From contig CP001817.1 in NCBI GenBank assembly GCA_000217635.1, forward strand, positions 240,001 through 272,000: a stretch of DNA of 32,000 nt, written 5' to 3'. The notes beneath the pieces were generated by a model that was given only the letters and a program-made list of their open reading frames with translations, ran no database searches and was not told the DNA's origin. Below, in pieces: positions 1-9,940 of the stretch (positions are counted from its first letter, which is position 1; each line of letters starts with the position of its first letter). Origin of the DNA: Candidatus Saccharimonadota bacterium (GTDB lineage: Bacteria; Pseudomonadota; Gammaproteobacteria; Enterobacterales; Enterobacteriaceae). A program made the translations under genes and the position numbers.

Positions 1-550
1 CGGATATTTTACTGCTTTAGAAACAATAGTTGAGGCTATTGATAGATTACAAGATACTTCTGCTTCTCATAAACGTATATCAATTGTAGAAATAATGGGG
101 CGTTATTGCGGTGATCTTACCCTAGCTGCGTCAATAGCTGGAGGTTGTGAGTTTATTATATTACCTGAAATTACCTATACAAAAGAAAATTTATTAATAG
201 ATATTAAAAAAAGCATAAAAAATGGAAAAAATCATGCAGTTATTGCAATTACCGAGCATTTATATGATGTTAAAAAACTAGCACGATATATTCAAGAAAA
301 AACTAAAAGAGAAACTAGAGCTACAACTCTGGGATATATTCAAAGAGGAGGAACTCCTGTTGTTTATGATAGAATTTTGGCTTCTCGTATGGGATCTTAT
401 GCTGTTAAATTGCTTTTAGAAGGATATCAAGGTAGATGTGTTGGAATTATTAATGAAGTTTTAGTGCATCATGATATAAATAATGCTCTTAAATATATGA
501 AAAAACCTTTTAAAAGTGATTGGTTAGTAACTGCAAAAAATTTATACTAA
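1..550 (+). CDS. pfkA: 6-phosphofructokinase I, C-terminal part (5' end outside window)
   Basis: The frame starting at nt 2 is open from the window edge. The translation [51 protein letters not shown]...[12 protein letters not shown]...[10 protein letters not shown] is collinear with the C-terminal ~180 aa of E. coli PfkA ([32 protein letters not shown], ends KKLY). Confidence 0.95.
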   Translation, partial: GYFTALETIVEAIDRLQDTSASHKRISIVEIMGRYCGDLTLAASIAGGCEFIILPEITYTKENLLIDIKKSIKNGKNHAVIAITEHLYDVKKLARYIQEKTKRETRATTLGYIQRGGTPVVYDRILASRMGSYAVKLLLEGYQGRCVGIINEVLVHHDINNALKYMKKPFKSDWLVTAKNLY

Positions 551-575
551 TTTTTTATTTTAAACAATATAATAA

Positions 576-594
576 GTGCCGGGTACCCCGGCGC
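576..594. terminator. GC-rich hairpin between convergent pfkA and tpiA (candidate bidirectional terminator)
   Basis: In GTGCCGGG-TAC-CCCGGCGC, positions 576-583 pair with 587-594 (8 bp including one G.T, 3-nt loop). It is by far the most GC-rich 19 nt of any spacer in the window. It sits 26 nt after the pfkA stop and ~135 nt after the tpiA stop. There is no clean U-tract on either side. Confidence 0.5.
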
Positions 595-729
595 TTAAAT
601 CAATATTTTATTAATAAAATTAATTATGCATATAAAAAAATGATTAATATCATTTCTTATATAATAATATTTATAAATATAAAATAATTAATTTATTTTT
701 TAATAATAAGAAAATTTATTAAAAATATT

Positions 730-1494
730 TTATTTATTTATTATTTTTATAATTTTTTTAAATTCTTTTAAAATGAGAGATGCTCCTCCAATTAAAAAAC
801 CATCAATATCATGTTGATAAATTAATTCTTGAACATTATGCTGAGAAACAGAACCACCGTATTGAATAAAAAAATTTTTAATATTATTATTAGATTTACT
901 TTTAATATAATTTCGTATAAAACAAGATATATTTTGTACTTCTTTTGGTGATGCAGATTGTCCTGACCCTATTGCCCAAATTGGTTCATATGCAATAATA
1001 GAATTATTAAATGCATTTTTTCCACATAAATCAAATATTAAATCTATTTGTTTTTTGCATATTTCTTTAGTTTTTTTATCATTATGTTCTTGAATTGTTT
1101 CTCCTATACATAATATTGGTATTAAATTTTCTTCTTTTAACATATAAAATTTTTTAGCAACTAATGCATTATTTTCATAATGATTTAAACGTCTTTCGGA
1201 ATGTCCAATAATAACATATTGAATTCCCATATCTTTTAACATGATTGGAGAAATCTCTCCGGTAAACGGTCCTGAAAAATGTACATCAACATTTTGAGAA
1301 CCTAAAAAAAATTTTTTTTGATCAGTAGATAGAATATTTTGAATAAAATTAGCATATAATAAAGGAGGAGCTAATACAACTGTACAAATTTTATAATATT
1401 TTATGAGAAACTGATTTAATGGTTTTAAAATGCGTAAAATAAATTTTTTACTACCATTCAATTTCCAGTTACCGATAATAATTGGTTTAATCAT
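730..1494 (-). CDS. tpiA: triosephosphate isomerase
   Basis: MIKPIIIGNWKLNGS...IIGHSERR...AYEPIWAIGSG...QYGGSV...GFLIGGASL is collinear with E. coli TpiA. I prefer the ATG at 1494 over the ORF-track start at 1506. The 1506 codon is GTG and lies inside an AGGTGA Shine-Dalgarno 8 nt upstream of the ATG. The ATG start also gives the same N-terminal length as E. coli. Confidence 0.93.
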   Translation of the reverse strand: MIKPIIIGNWKLNGSKKFILRILKPLNQFLIKYYKICTVVLAPPLLYANFIQNILSTDQKKFFLGSQNVDVHFSGPFTGEISPIMLKDMGIQYVIIGHSERRLNHYENNALVAKKFYMLKEENLIPILCIGETIQEHNDKKTKEICKKQIDLIFDLCGKNAFNNSIIAYEPIWAIGSGQSASPKEVQNISCFIRNYIKSKSNNNIKNFFIQYGGSVSQHNVQELIYQHDIDGFLIGGASLILKEFKKIIKIINK

Positions 1495-1620
1495 ATTTTC
1501 AATCACCTATCTTTAGCAATTATCAGAAATTTACAACTTATACTCCAATAATTGCTGAACTATAAAATATTAATATTTTTAATCTAAATATTATTTATAT
1601 CACTTATTTAAGGGTTTTTT

Positions 1621-1908
1621 CTATTTAGAAAAACAATTTGTACGTTCTCTTAATTGTTTTCCGGGTTTAAAATGAGGAACATATTTGCCATGTAAATTAA
1701 CTTTTTCTCCTGTTTTTGGATTTCTACCTACACGCGCGAAACGATAATGTAAAGAAAAACTACCAAATCCTCTAATTTCTATTCGATTTCCCTTTTCTAA
1801 AGAAAAAGACATATATTCTAAAATATCTTTTATAATACGTTCAATAATTTTTACTTGAATATAAGTTTTTTTTTCAGTAATTCGTTCAAATAATTCTGAT
1901 TTATTCAT
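1621..1908 (-). CDS. ihfB: integration host factor beta subunit
   Basis: [10 protein letters not shown]...[48 protein letters not shown] matches E. coli IhfB almost residue for residue in the DNA-binding arm. There is an AGAGG SD upstream. Confidence 0.95.
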   Translation of the reverse strand: MNKSELFERITEKKTYIQVKIIERIIKDILEYMSFSLEKGNRIEIRGFGSFSLHYRFARVGRNPKTGEKVNLHGKYVPHFKPGKQLRERTNCFSK

Positions 1909-1990
1909 ATATCCTCTAAATAATTTTTATGTATAATAAAACATCATTATTCAGAAATTGTATAATTTTTAAAAATATTTATAATTTATA

Positions 1991-3601
1991 TTATTCAGAA
2001 ACTATATTATTAGTATCAAACTGAGTATTTTTACTATTTGGTATATATTGTAAATATACAATGCGATTTTTTTTGTCAAAACCAGATATTCTAGTTTCTA
2101 TTGTATCTCCAGTATTCTTAGGTAATAAATATTTTTGACGGTATTCATTTGGAATATCAATTGTTTTTAAACATCCTTCGATCCCCGGTTCTAATATTAA
2201 AAAAATTATTTTTTCTTCAATTAAACGAATCACTCCTGAAACCACAGTGTTTTTTTTATTTTTTGTAATATATATATTAAAAGGGTCTTCTGTTAATTGT
2301 TTAATCCCTAAAGATATTCGTTCTCGTTCCGAATCAACTTGTAATACAATTGCTGAAATATCATCTCCTTTTTTATATTTTTTTACTGATTCTTCACCGG
2401 AGGTATACCATGAAAGATCAGACAAATGTACTAATCCATCTATTCCGCCTTTTAATCCAATAAAAATACCAAAATCAGTAATTGATTTAATTTTTCCGGA
2501 TACTATACAGCCTCTTTTATTTTTTTTAGAAAATTTATTCCAAGGATTAATTGTACATTGCTTAATACCTAATGATATTCTGCGTCTTTCTTCATCAATA
2601 TTTAATATAGAAACTTGAATAGATTCTCCAGATTTTACTACTTTAGAGGGATGAATATTTTTATTCGTCCAATCCATTTCTGATACATGAACTAATCCTT
2701 CTACTCCTTCTTCAATTTCAACAAAACATCCATAATCTGTTAGATTTGTAACTATTCCTTGATGTTTAGTACCTTCTGGGTAACGTTTTTCTAAATTAAT
2801 CCACGGATCTATACCTAGTTGTTTTAATCCTAATGAAACGCGAGTTTTTTCTTGATCAAATTTTAAAATTTTTACACGGATATCATCTCCTATTTTTACA
2901 ATTTCATTAGGATGTTTTACTCTTTTCCATGCCATATCTGTTATATGTAATAAGCCATCGACACCCCCTAAATCAATAAAAGCTCCATAATCTGTTAAAT
3001 TTTTTACGATACCTTGAATAATATTACCTTCTTTTAAATTATTTAATAATTGATAACGTTCAGCGCTATTTTCTGATTCTATAACCGCACGACGTGAAAC
3101 AACTACATTATTACGTTTTTGATCTAATTTAATAACTTTAAATTCTAATTCTTTTCCTTCTAAATGCACTGTATCTCGAATAGGTCGTATGTCTACTAAC
3201 GATCCTGGTAAAAAAGCTCTTATCTCATCTAATTCAACAGTAAAACCCCCTTTCACTTTTCCATTAATTGTACCTAATATAGAATGTTTATTTTCATATG
3301 CATTCTCTAATTGTATCCATGCTTCATGTCGTTTAGCTTTTTCACGTGATAATAAAGTTTCACCAAATCCATCTTCTATAGCATCTAGAGAAACATCAAT
3401 AATATCACCAGTTTTTATTTCAATATTTCCTTCTGAATCTTGAAATTGTTCTAAAGGGATAGATGATTCAGATTTTAACCCGGCATCAACTAATACCGAA
3501 TCCTTTTTTATGGAAATAATTTTTCCTTTAATAATTGATCCCGGTTTTGTTTTAATATTTTTTAAAGAATTTTGAAATAATTGTGCAAAAGATATATTCA
3601 T
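1991..3601 (-). CDS. rpsA: 30S ribosomal protein S1
   Basis: This 536-aa ORF contains repeated S1 domains. Long identical runs to E. coli S1 include [83 protein letters not shown] and [25 protein letters not shown]. Confidence 0.97.
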   Translation of the reverse strand: MNISFAQLFQNSLKNIKTKPGSIIKGKIISIKKDSVLVDAGLKSESSIPLEQFQDSEGNIEIKTGDIIDVSLDAIEDGFGETLLSREKAKRHEAWIQLENAYENKHSILGTINGKVKGGFTVELDEIRAFLPGSLVDIRPIRDTVHLEGKELEFKVIKLDQKRNNVVVSRRAVIESENSAERYQLLNNLKEGNIIQGIVKNLTDYGAFIDLGGVDGLLHITDMAWKRVKHPNEIVKIGDDIRVKILKFDQEKTRVSLGLKQLGIDPWINLEKRYPEGTKHQGIVTNLTDYGCFVEIEEGVEGLVHVSEMDWTNKNIHPSKVVKSGESIQVSILNIDEERRRISLGIKQCTINPWNKFSKKNKRGCIVSGKIKSITDFGIFIGLKGGIDGLVHLSDLSWYTSGEESVKKYKKGDDISAIVLQVDSERERISLGIKQLTEDPFNIYITKNKKNTVVSGVIRLIEEKIIFLILEPGIEGCLKTIDIPNEYRQKYLLPKNTGDTIETRISGFDKKNRIVYLQYIPNSKNTQFDTNNIVSE

Positions 3602-4213
3602 ATAAATAATCTTTAAGTTTGTTAAATAGAAAACCCATAAAAAAATTTTTATATGGATGATGAAATATATTTAAAGTAATTATTAATATTATTAATAATA
3701 AAATACAAAAAATATAAAAAATATATATAACTTTTTTATAAAAATTTTATTTAAATTTTAAAGTTAAAAGAATTTTAAAAAATCAATATTATTTTATAAA
3801 TAAAATAATTATTTGAATTTTAATAATTCAGTATTTTTTTATAAAATTGTATCATAGAATCTTTAGATATTTAAAGAAATATATTAAAACTTACCAATAT
3901 TTTAAATAAATATTTATATCAAAAATAGATATTAAAATATAAAAATAATTTTATAAAAAAAATAAATTTATATATTAATTAAAATTTTAAAATTAATATA
4001 TTATATACATTTATTATAATTATTTAAAATTTATACTATAAAATATATATAATTTATTTTTTATTTTATTAATTTTTAGGTTTATATATATATTTGATAT
4101 AACATATTTTTAAAAATAATTTATAAATATCATATTGATAAAAATAAAATCATAAAAAAATTCACTTTATAATAAAATTTTTAATTTTTAAATATCAATA
4201 TATTGAATATATT

Positions 4214-5545
4214 TTATATATTAGTTATATACTTATTACTTAAATTCAAATTATATTTTTTAGTACTTACAAATAGACTGAAATATATTAAATACTGGGG
4301 AAACGTTTTATTAACACAAGACGGATTTAATAAAGTTACAGGAACTCCAGATAAGGCGACTAGTGAAAAACACATTGCTATTCGATGATCATTATATGTA
4401 TTAATTTTAGCATGTAAAAATTTTTTCGGAGCAGATACTATTATATAATCACGACCCTCTTCAATAACACCTCCAACTTTTTTTAACTCTTTAGTCATAG
4501 CTTGTAATCTATCGGTTTCTTTAACTCGCCAATTATAAATATTTTTAATATATACCGGCTGATTTGAAAATAAACCAATCATTGCTAATGTCATAGCAGC
4601 ATCTGGAATATGATTACAGTCTATTTCTATACCTTTTAAATTACCTTTTCTACAAATTATGGAATTATTATTCCATATAATATTTGCTCCGATCGTACTT
4701 AATACTTCAGAAAATTTTACATCACCTTGAATGCTATCTCTTTTTATACCTTTTATTTTAACCTCCCCCCCTTTTATAGCAGCTGCTGCTAAAAAATACG
4801 TAGCTGAAGATGTATCATTTTCAATGTAATATAATCCAGGTGTAACATAATTTTGATTACCAGTAATCTCAAAATGTCTATATTTAGAACAAGTTTTAAT
4901 AGTAATACCAAAAATTTTCATTAAATTTATTGTTAAAGTAATATATGGTATCGATACTAAAGCACCTTTAACAGTAATATATGTATTATTAGTTGCCAAA
5001 GGAGCCATCATTAGTAATGAACTTAAAAATTGACTGGAAATAGTACCTTCAATTATAATAGAACCTCCAACAAAACCACCTTTAACTAAAACAGGGGGAA
5101 AATTAATGTTTTTTAAATACGTAATAGTCGCTCCTCCTTGACGTAATGCATCAACTAAATGATTAATAGGTCGTTCTTGCATTCGTTTTTCACCATCTAA
5201 AATGACATTATTATTATATAATGATAACGCGGCTAGTAATGGTCTCATAGCTGTTCCAGCATTTCCTAGAAATAATTTTAATTTTTGATTACAAAATAAA
5301 GTTTGACCTGAACCATGTATAATACATTTATTACCATCAATAATATACTTAACTTTTAATGCTTTTAAAGCGTGCAACATGTATTTGACATCATCACTAG
5401 ATAAAAGGTTAAGCAAAGTAGTGTCACCAGTACACAGAGCTGATAATAACAATACTCGATTAGAAATACTTTTGGATCCTGGTAAATTTGTAATGTTTCC
5501 TGAAATATATTTTATAGGTTTTAAAGTTATTTGATTTTGTTGCAT
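4214..5545 (-). CDS. aroA: 3-phosphoshikimate 1-carboxyvinyltransferase (EPSP synthase)
   Basis: LPGSKSISNR, LFLGNAGTAMRPL, ERPINHLVDALRQGGA, SSQFLSSLLMMAPLA, SSATYFLAAAAIKGG, HIPDAAMT, NIYNWRVKETDRL and YNDHRIAMCFSLVAL are collinear with E. coli AroA. The C-terminus is ~16 aa longer than in E. coli. Confidence 0.96.
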   Translation of the reverse strand: MQQNQITLKPIKYISGNITNLPGSKSISNRVLLLSALCTGDTTLLNLLSSDDVKYMLHALKALKVKYIIDGNKCIIHGSGQTLFCNQKLKLFLGNAGTAMRPLLAALSLYNNNVILDGEKRMQERPINHLVDALRQGGATITYLKNINFPPVLVKGGFVGGSIIIEGTISSQFLSSLLMMAPLATNNTYITVKGALVSIPYITLTINLMKIFGITIKTCSKYRHFEITGNQNYVTPGLYYIENDTSSATYFLAAAAIKGGEVKIKGIKRDSIQGDVKFSEVLSTIGANIIWNNNSIICRKGNLKGIEIDCNHIPDAAMTLAMIGLFSNQPVYIKNIYNWRVKETDRLQAMTKELKKVGGVIEEGRDYIIVSAPKKFLHAKINTYNDHRIAMCFSLVALSGVPVTLLNPSCVNKTFPQYLIYFSLFVSTKKYNLNLSNKYITNI

Positions 5546-5578
5546 AAAAATATTTTACCTTTGTCATATAAGTAACAA

Positions 5579-6664
5579 TTATCCAAATTTTTTTTCAAAT
5601 TTTTTCATAAATTTAATTAAAAACTGTACTCCTTTAAGGGGCATTGCATTATAAATAGAAGCTCTTAATCCCCCGATAAAAGAATGACCTTGCAAACCCC
5701 ATAACCCAAAACTTTGAGCCTCTTTAATAAATATATTTGTTAATTTTTGTTTTAAATAGAAAATTATATTCATACGAGATCTATGGCTTTTTTTTATAAA
5801 ATTTTCATAAAAATTTGTTGAATCTATATATTCATATAATATTTTTGATTTTTTTTTATTTAAATCTTCTAAAACAGATATCCCGCCTATTTTTTTAATC
5901 CACTGAAAAACTAATCCTGCTACATACCATGAAAAAGTTGTTGGAGTATTAAACATTGAATTAGTTTTTTTGCTAAATAGAATAATTAAAAATCGATGGT
6001 ATAGATTTTTTTTTTCATTTAATAAATTTTTTTTTATAATCACAATAGTTATTCCAGCGGGACCAATATTTTTTTGAGCGCAAGCATATATAATTCCATA
6101 TTTTTTTATATCAATGTTACGAGATAATAAAGTTGATGAAAAATCACCAACAAATACTTTATTTTTAAATTTAGGTTCTTCAAAAATTTCTATCCCTTCA
6201 ATCGTCTCGTTAGGGCAATAATGAACATATGTTGAAAATTTTGATAAATTCCAATCTTTCATAGATTCTATATATTTTTCATTAAATATAGATATTTTTT
6301 TTACATTAATAACATTGGGGTGACAATATTTTTGAGCTTCTAAAATAGCATTATTCGACCAAAATCCGCTATTAATATAATCTGGTTTAGGAAAATCTGC
6401 TAATAAATTCATTGGAACAGCTGAAAATTGTCCTCTAGCTCCTCCATGACAAAATAAAATTTGATAATCTATTGGAATATTTAAAATATCTCGTAAATCT
6501 TGCTCTATTATTTCAGTATTTTTAATAAATTTACGGTGACGATGACTAATTTCAGTTATTGATAATCCTATTTTTTTCCAATTTAGAAAATCCTTTTGTA
6601 TTTTTAATAATACATCACTAGGTAAAATTGCAGGACCTGCGCTAAAATTATATATTTTCCTCAT
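5579..6664 (-). CDS. serC: phosphoserine aminotransferase (ORF intact, but with an internal out-of-frame 11-codon patch; see findings)
   Basis: IYNFSAGPAILP, ILFCHGGARGQFSAVPMNLL, HYCPNETIEGIE, GIIYACAQKNIGPAGITIVI (PLP lysine motif), SMFNTPTTFSWY, RSRMNI and GGLRASIYNAMPL are collinear with E. coli SerC. Confidence 0.93.
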   Translation of the reverse strand: MRKIYNFSAGPAILPSDVLLKIQKDFLNWKKIGLSITEISHRHRKFIKNTEIIEQDLRDILNIPIDYQILFCHGGARGQFSAVPMNLLADFPKPDYINSGFWSNNAILEAQKYCHPNVINVKKISIFNEKYIESMKDWNLSKFSTYVHYCPNETIEGIEIFEEPKFKNKVFVGDFSSTLLSRNIDIKKYGIIYACAQKNIGPAGITIVIIKKNLLNEKKNLYHRFLIILFSKKTNSMFNTPTTFSWYVAGLVFQWIKKIGGISVLEDLNKKKSKILYEYIDSTNFYENFIKKSHRSRMNIIFYLKQKLTNIFIKEAQSFGLWGLQGHSFIGGLRASIYNAMPLKGVQFLIKFMKKFEKKFG

Positions 6665-6784
6665 ATCAATACCGCTTCTTATATGCCTGTTATTAATCTA
6701 TTAAAATAATTTATATTTATCTTATATTTATTAAGACTTAACCATTTCTTGAATATTTATATATTTTATTATTTTTATTTATAT

Positions 6785-8092
6785 TTAAAATTTTAAAGTT
6801 TTTATTCCATTCATATAAGGATTACGTAAAACTTTTGGAATAATAATTTTATTATCTGAACATTGAAAATTTTCTAAAATTGCTGCTAAAGTTCGACCAA
6901 CAGCTAACCCAGAACCATTTAAAGTATGTAAAAAATTTATTTTTTTTTTTTTCTCATCTCTATATCGAGCTTTTATTCTTCTTGATTGAAAATCACCTAT
7001 CATAGAGCATGAAGAAATTTCACGATAACAATTTTGTGCAGGAAACCACGCTTCTAAATCATATGTTTTTTTAGCAGAAAATCCAAGATCACCAGTACAA
7101 AGTAATATTTTTCTGTAAGGAAGTTTAAGTAACTTTAATATATGTTCTGCATCTTTTGTTAGATTTTCAAAACTCTCTTCAGATTTATCAGGATGTACAA
7201 TTTGAATTATTTCCACTTTTTCAAATTGATGATTTCTAATTAAACCTTGCTTATTTTTTCCATATGCAGCAGACTCAGCACGAAAACAAGCACTTAAAGA
7301 AACGTATTTAATAGGTAAGAATTTAGATAATATTATTTTATTTTGCATTAAATTGATTAATGGTACTTCAGCTGTAGGAATTAAAAAGTATTTTTTTTGA
7401 TTTATTTTTTTATTATCATCATGATATGTATTTACATAAAATAACTCTTTTTCAAATTTCGGTAATTGTCCTGTACCATACATGCAATGTTCTTGTACTA
7501 TATTAGGAACATATACTTCCTGATATCCATGTTTTTCAATATGAATATCTAACATAAATTGCCCTAATGCACGATGTAATTTTGCTAATTTACCTTTTAT
7601 AACTGTATAACCAGAACCTGATATCAATGATGCAATTTTCCAATCAAAACCATGTATTTTTTGTCCAATATGGATATGATTACTAATTGAAAAATTATAT
7701 TTTTTTATATTTCCCCATAAACTAACTTCTCTATTATCTTTTTCATTTTTTCCATCTGGACTATCTAATGAAGGAATATTAGGTATCTGATCTAAAAAAA
7801 AATTCATTTGATCTCGAATAGATTTTAATTTTTTTTTCCAAACTGATAAACGGTTTCTAGAGGCAATTAATTGATTTTTAAAAATATCAATGTTATTATA
7901 TATTTTACTTTTATATAAAATATATTGAGATAGTTTTTTGTGTTCTGACTGTAAAGATTCACTATCACTTTGTAGTTTTTTTCTTTTATTTTCTAATTTA
8001 GAAATTTTTTTAATATCTAAAAAAAAATTTCTTCTTTTTAGTTGCTCATAAAAATATTGATAATTATGTTTCATAGAATTAAAATCTAACAT
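6785..8092 (-). CDS. serS: seryl-tRNA synthetase
   Basis: RALGQFMLDIH, YGTGQLPKF, LIPTAEVPL, CFRAESAAYGKNKQGLIRNHQFEKVE, LPYRKILLCTGDLGFSAKKTYDLEAWFPAQNCYREISSCS and HTLNGSGLAVGRTLAAILEN are collinear with E. coli SerRS. The gene contains an in-frame A13 tract (T13 on the + strand, 6940-6952). Confidence 0.96.
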   Translation of the reverse strand: MLDFNSMKHNYQYFYEQLKRRNFFLDIKKISKLENKRKKLQSDSESLQSEHKKLSQYILYKSKIYNNIDIFKNQLIASRNRLSVWKKKLKSIRDQMNFFLDQIPNIPSLDSPDGKNEKDNREVSLWGNIKKYNFSISNHIHIGQKIHGFDWKIASLISGSGYTVIKGKLAKLHRALGQFMLDIHIEKHGYQEVYVPNIVQEHCMYGTGQLPKFEKELFYVNTYHDDNKKINQKKYFLIPTAEVPLINLMQNKIILSKFLPIKYVSLSACFRAESAAYGKNKQGLIRNHQFEKVEIIQIVHPDKSEESFENLTKDAEHILKLLKLPYRKILLCTGDLGFSAKKTYDLEAWFPAQNCYREISSCSMIGDFQSRRIKARYRDEKKKKINFLHTLNGSGLAVGRTLAAILENFQCSDNKIIIPKVLRNPYMNGIKTLKF

Positions 8093-8612
8093 ATAATAAA
8101 TAATCTTTAGTTTTATTAATCTGTTTTAAAAAAAGAGAATATAGATAAATATTAATAACAAATTTTTTTTCAATAAATATTTTTAATGTACATCTAATAA
8201 GTATAATCTGTTTTTTCTTCAATTTAAAAATACTCATTAATTTTCTAAATAAATATATTTTTTATTTATTATAATTTTTTAAAAAAAATAAAACTCTTTA
8301 TTAAATAATAATTAAATAATTTCATATAAAAATATTTTAAAAAAATATTTAAACTTTAAAATTTTAATATTTTAAATAATAAAAAATAAATAAAAAAAAT
8401 TAATACATTAATATTTATAAATGAGTTAACAATCAAATTATTATATTATAATAAATGTATCAGTTATAATATAAATTTTATTTTTATAAATAAAAAATCA
8501 TTTATTAAAAATTACACTGTATACAGTTAAAAATTTTATTAATCAACTTTTAAGGTTATATAACAAAGATTTTTTTTAATATTTTATTTTTATTATATAT
8601 TGGTATCATGAT

Positions 8613-9575
8613 ATGTCTAACTTGTCAAAAATATCTACTGATTTAATTATTATTGGTGCAGGACCTGCCGGATATACAGCTGCAATTTATGCAGCGAGAG
8701 CAAATCTTAATGTAATACTTATTTCTGGACCAAAACCTGGTGGACAATTATTAAATACTAATGCAATAGAAAATTGGCCAGGTCAACATCAAAATATAAG
8801 CGGAATACATTTAATGAATCAAATGTTAATACATGTTCAAAAATTCCCTATTAAGATTATAGATGATACCATTATTAACGTTAACTTTACAAATAATCCA
8901 TTTATGATGTGCGGCGAAAAAAATAAATATTATTCTAGCGCAATAATCATTGCAACTGGCGCTTCACCAAGATATTTGAATATTCCTTCAGAAAAATTAT
9001 ATAAAGATCGTGGTGGAATTTCAACTTGTGCAATATGCGATGGTTTTTTTTATAAGAATAAATTTATTGCTGTTATTGGGGGGGGAAATACAGCATTAGA
9101 GGAAGCTTTATTTCTATCTAATATTGCTGAAAAAGTTTATATTGTACATCGTAAAAAAATATTTACCGCAGATAAAATTTTAATAACAAGAGTTATGGAA
9201 AAAGTCAAAATAAATAAAATTATTTTATATATGTCTTATACAGTAGGCGAAATTTTAGGAAACCATACAGGAGTTACGGGAATTAAAATTTGTTCAGATA
9301 ATAACGAAATTCTTATTAATTTATCGGGAATATTTATTGCTATTGGTCATATTCCAAATTCAAATATTTTTTTAAATCAATTAAAAACTAAAAATAATTA
9401 TATAGAAATTAATATCCATAAAAATGATCATAAATATCAAACGCAAACAAGTATTCCGGGTATTTTTGCTGCAGGTGATGTAACAGATCATGTTTATAGA
9501 CAAGCAATTACAGCATCGTCTGGCGGGTGTATGGCAGCTATGGATGCAGAAAAATATATTAGAGACTTAATATAA
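8613..9575 (+). CDS. trxB: thioredoxin reductase
   Basis: IIIGAGPAGYTAAIYAARANL, IIATGASPRYL, the redox-active CAICDGFFY (E. coli CATCDGFFY), AVIGGGNTALEEALFLSNIA, GIFIAIGH, TSIPGIFAAGDV and YRQAITASSGGCMAAMDAEKY all match the E. coli protein. Confidence 0.96.
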   Translation: MSNLSKISTDLIIIGAGPAGYTAAIYAARANLNVILISGPKPGGQLLNTNAIENWPGQHQNISGIHLMNQMLIHVQKFPIKIIDDTIINVNFTNNPFMMCGEKNKYYSSAIIIATGASPRYLNIPSEKLYKDRGGISTCAICDGFFYKNKFIAVIGGGNTALEEALFLSNIAEKVYIVHRKKIFTADKILITRVMEKVKINKIILYMSYTVGEILGNHTGVTGIKICSDNNEILINLSGIFIAIGHIPNSNIFLNQLKTKNNYIEINIHKNDHKYQTQTSIPGIFAAGDVTDHVYRQAITASSGGCMAAMDAEKYIRDLI

Positions 9576-9649
9576 TCATTTTTTTATTTATTTTAAAATT
9601 TTTATTTTTAATAAATATTATATAAATTCATATATAACAAAGGGTTACC

Positions 9650-9865
9650 ATGAAAGAAGAAAATATAGAAATGCAAGGGATTGTAATAGATACATTACCT
9701 AATACAACTTTTAAAGTAGAATTAGAAAATAAACATATTGTTATGGCTCATATTTCAGGAAAAATGAGAAAAAATTATATCAGAATTCTAACTGGAGATA
9801 AAGTTACTGTCGAATTAACACCGTATGATATAAGTAAAGGGCGTATTATTTTTCGAAGTAGATAA
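9650..9865 (+). CDS. infA: translation initiation factor IF-1
   Basis: [71 protein letters not shown] is near-identical to E. coli InfA over its full length. Confidence 0.98.
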   Translation: MKEENIEMQGIVIDTLPNTTFKVELENKHIVMAHISGKMRKNYIRILTGDKVTVELTPYDISKGRIIFRSR

Positions 9866-9940
9866 AAATTATTAATTATTTGATGATATATCAAAATAAA
9901 AAATTATAAATTTTTATAGATTATAAATATTGGAAATATT

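Noticed and set aside
1504-1506. GTG start for tpiA implied by the ORF track
   Set aside because: The GTG is part of an AGGTGA Shine-Dalgarno sequence 8 nt upstream of the ATG at 1494. The ATG start reproduces the E. coli N-terminal length.
2247-2618. 123-aa + strand ORF
   Set aside because: It lies entirely antisense within rpsA, whose identity is unambiguous. The sequence is low-complexity with no recognisable motifs and is typical of shadow ORFs. The same applies to 3189..3443.
4214-4264. The aroA C-terminal extension (about 16 aa beyond the E. coli end) as another frameshift
   Set aside because: Neither alternative frame restores an E. coli-like ...QLARISQAA terminus. The in-frame FPQYLIYF still parallels FPDYFEQL, so it looks like simple stop-codon drift into spacer.
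4203-4388. 61-aa + strand ORF
   Set aside because: It is antisense to the 3' end of aroA, with AT-driven codons and no homology.
8516-8527. Perfect 12-bp palindrome ACTGTATACAGT about 90 bp upstream of trxB, superficially like a LexA CTG...CAG box
   Set aside because: The spacing between CTG and CAG is 4 nt, not the 10 nt of an SOS box. By a rough composition-based estimate, tens of 12-bp palindromes are expected by chance in 32 kb of this AT content. There is no second copy.
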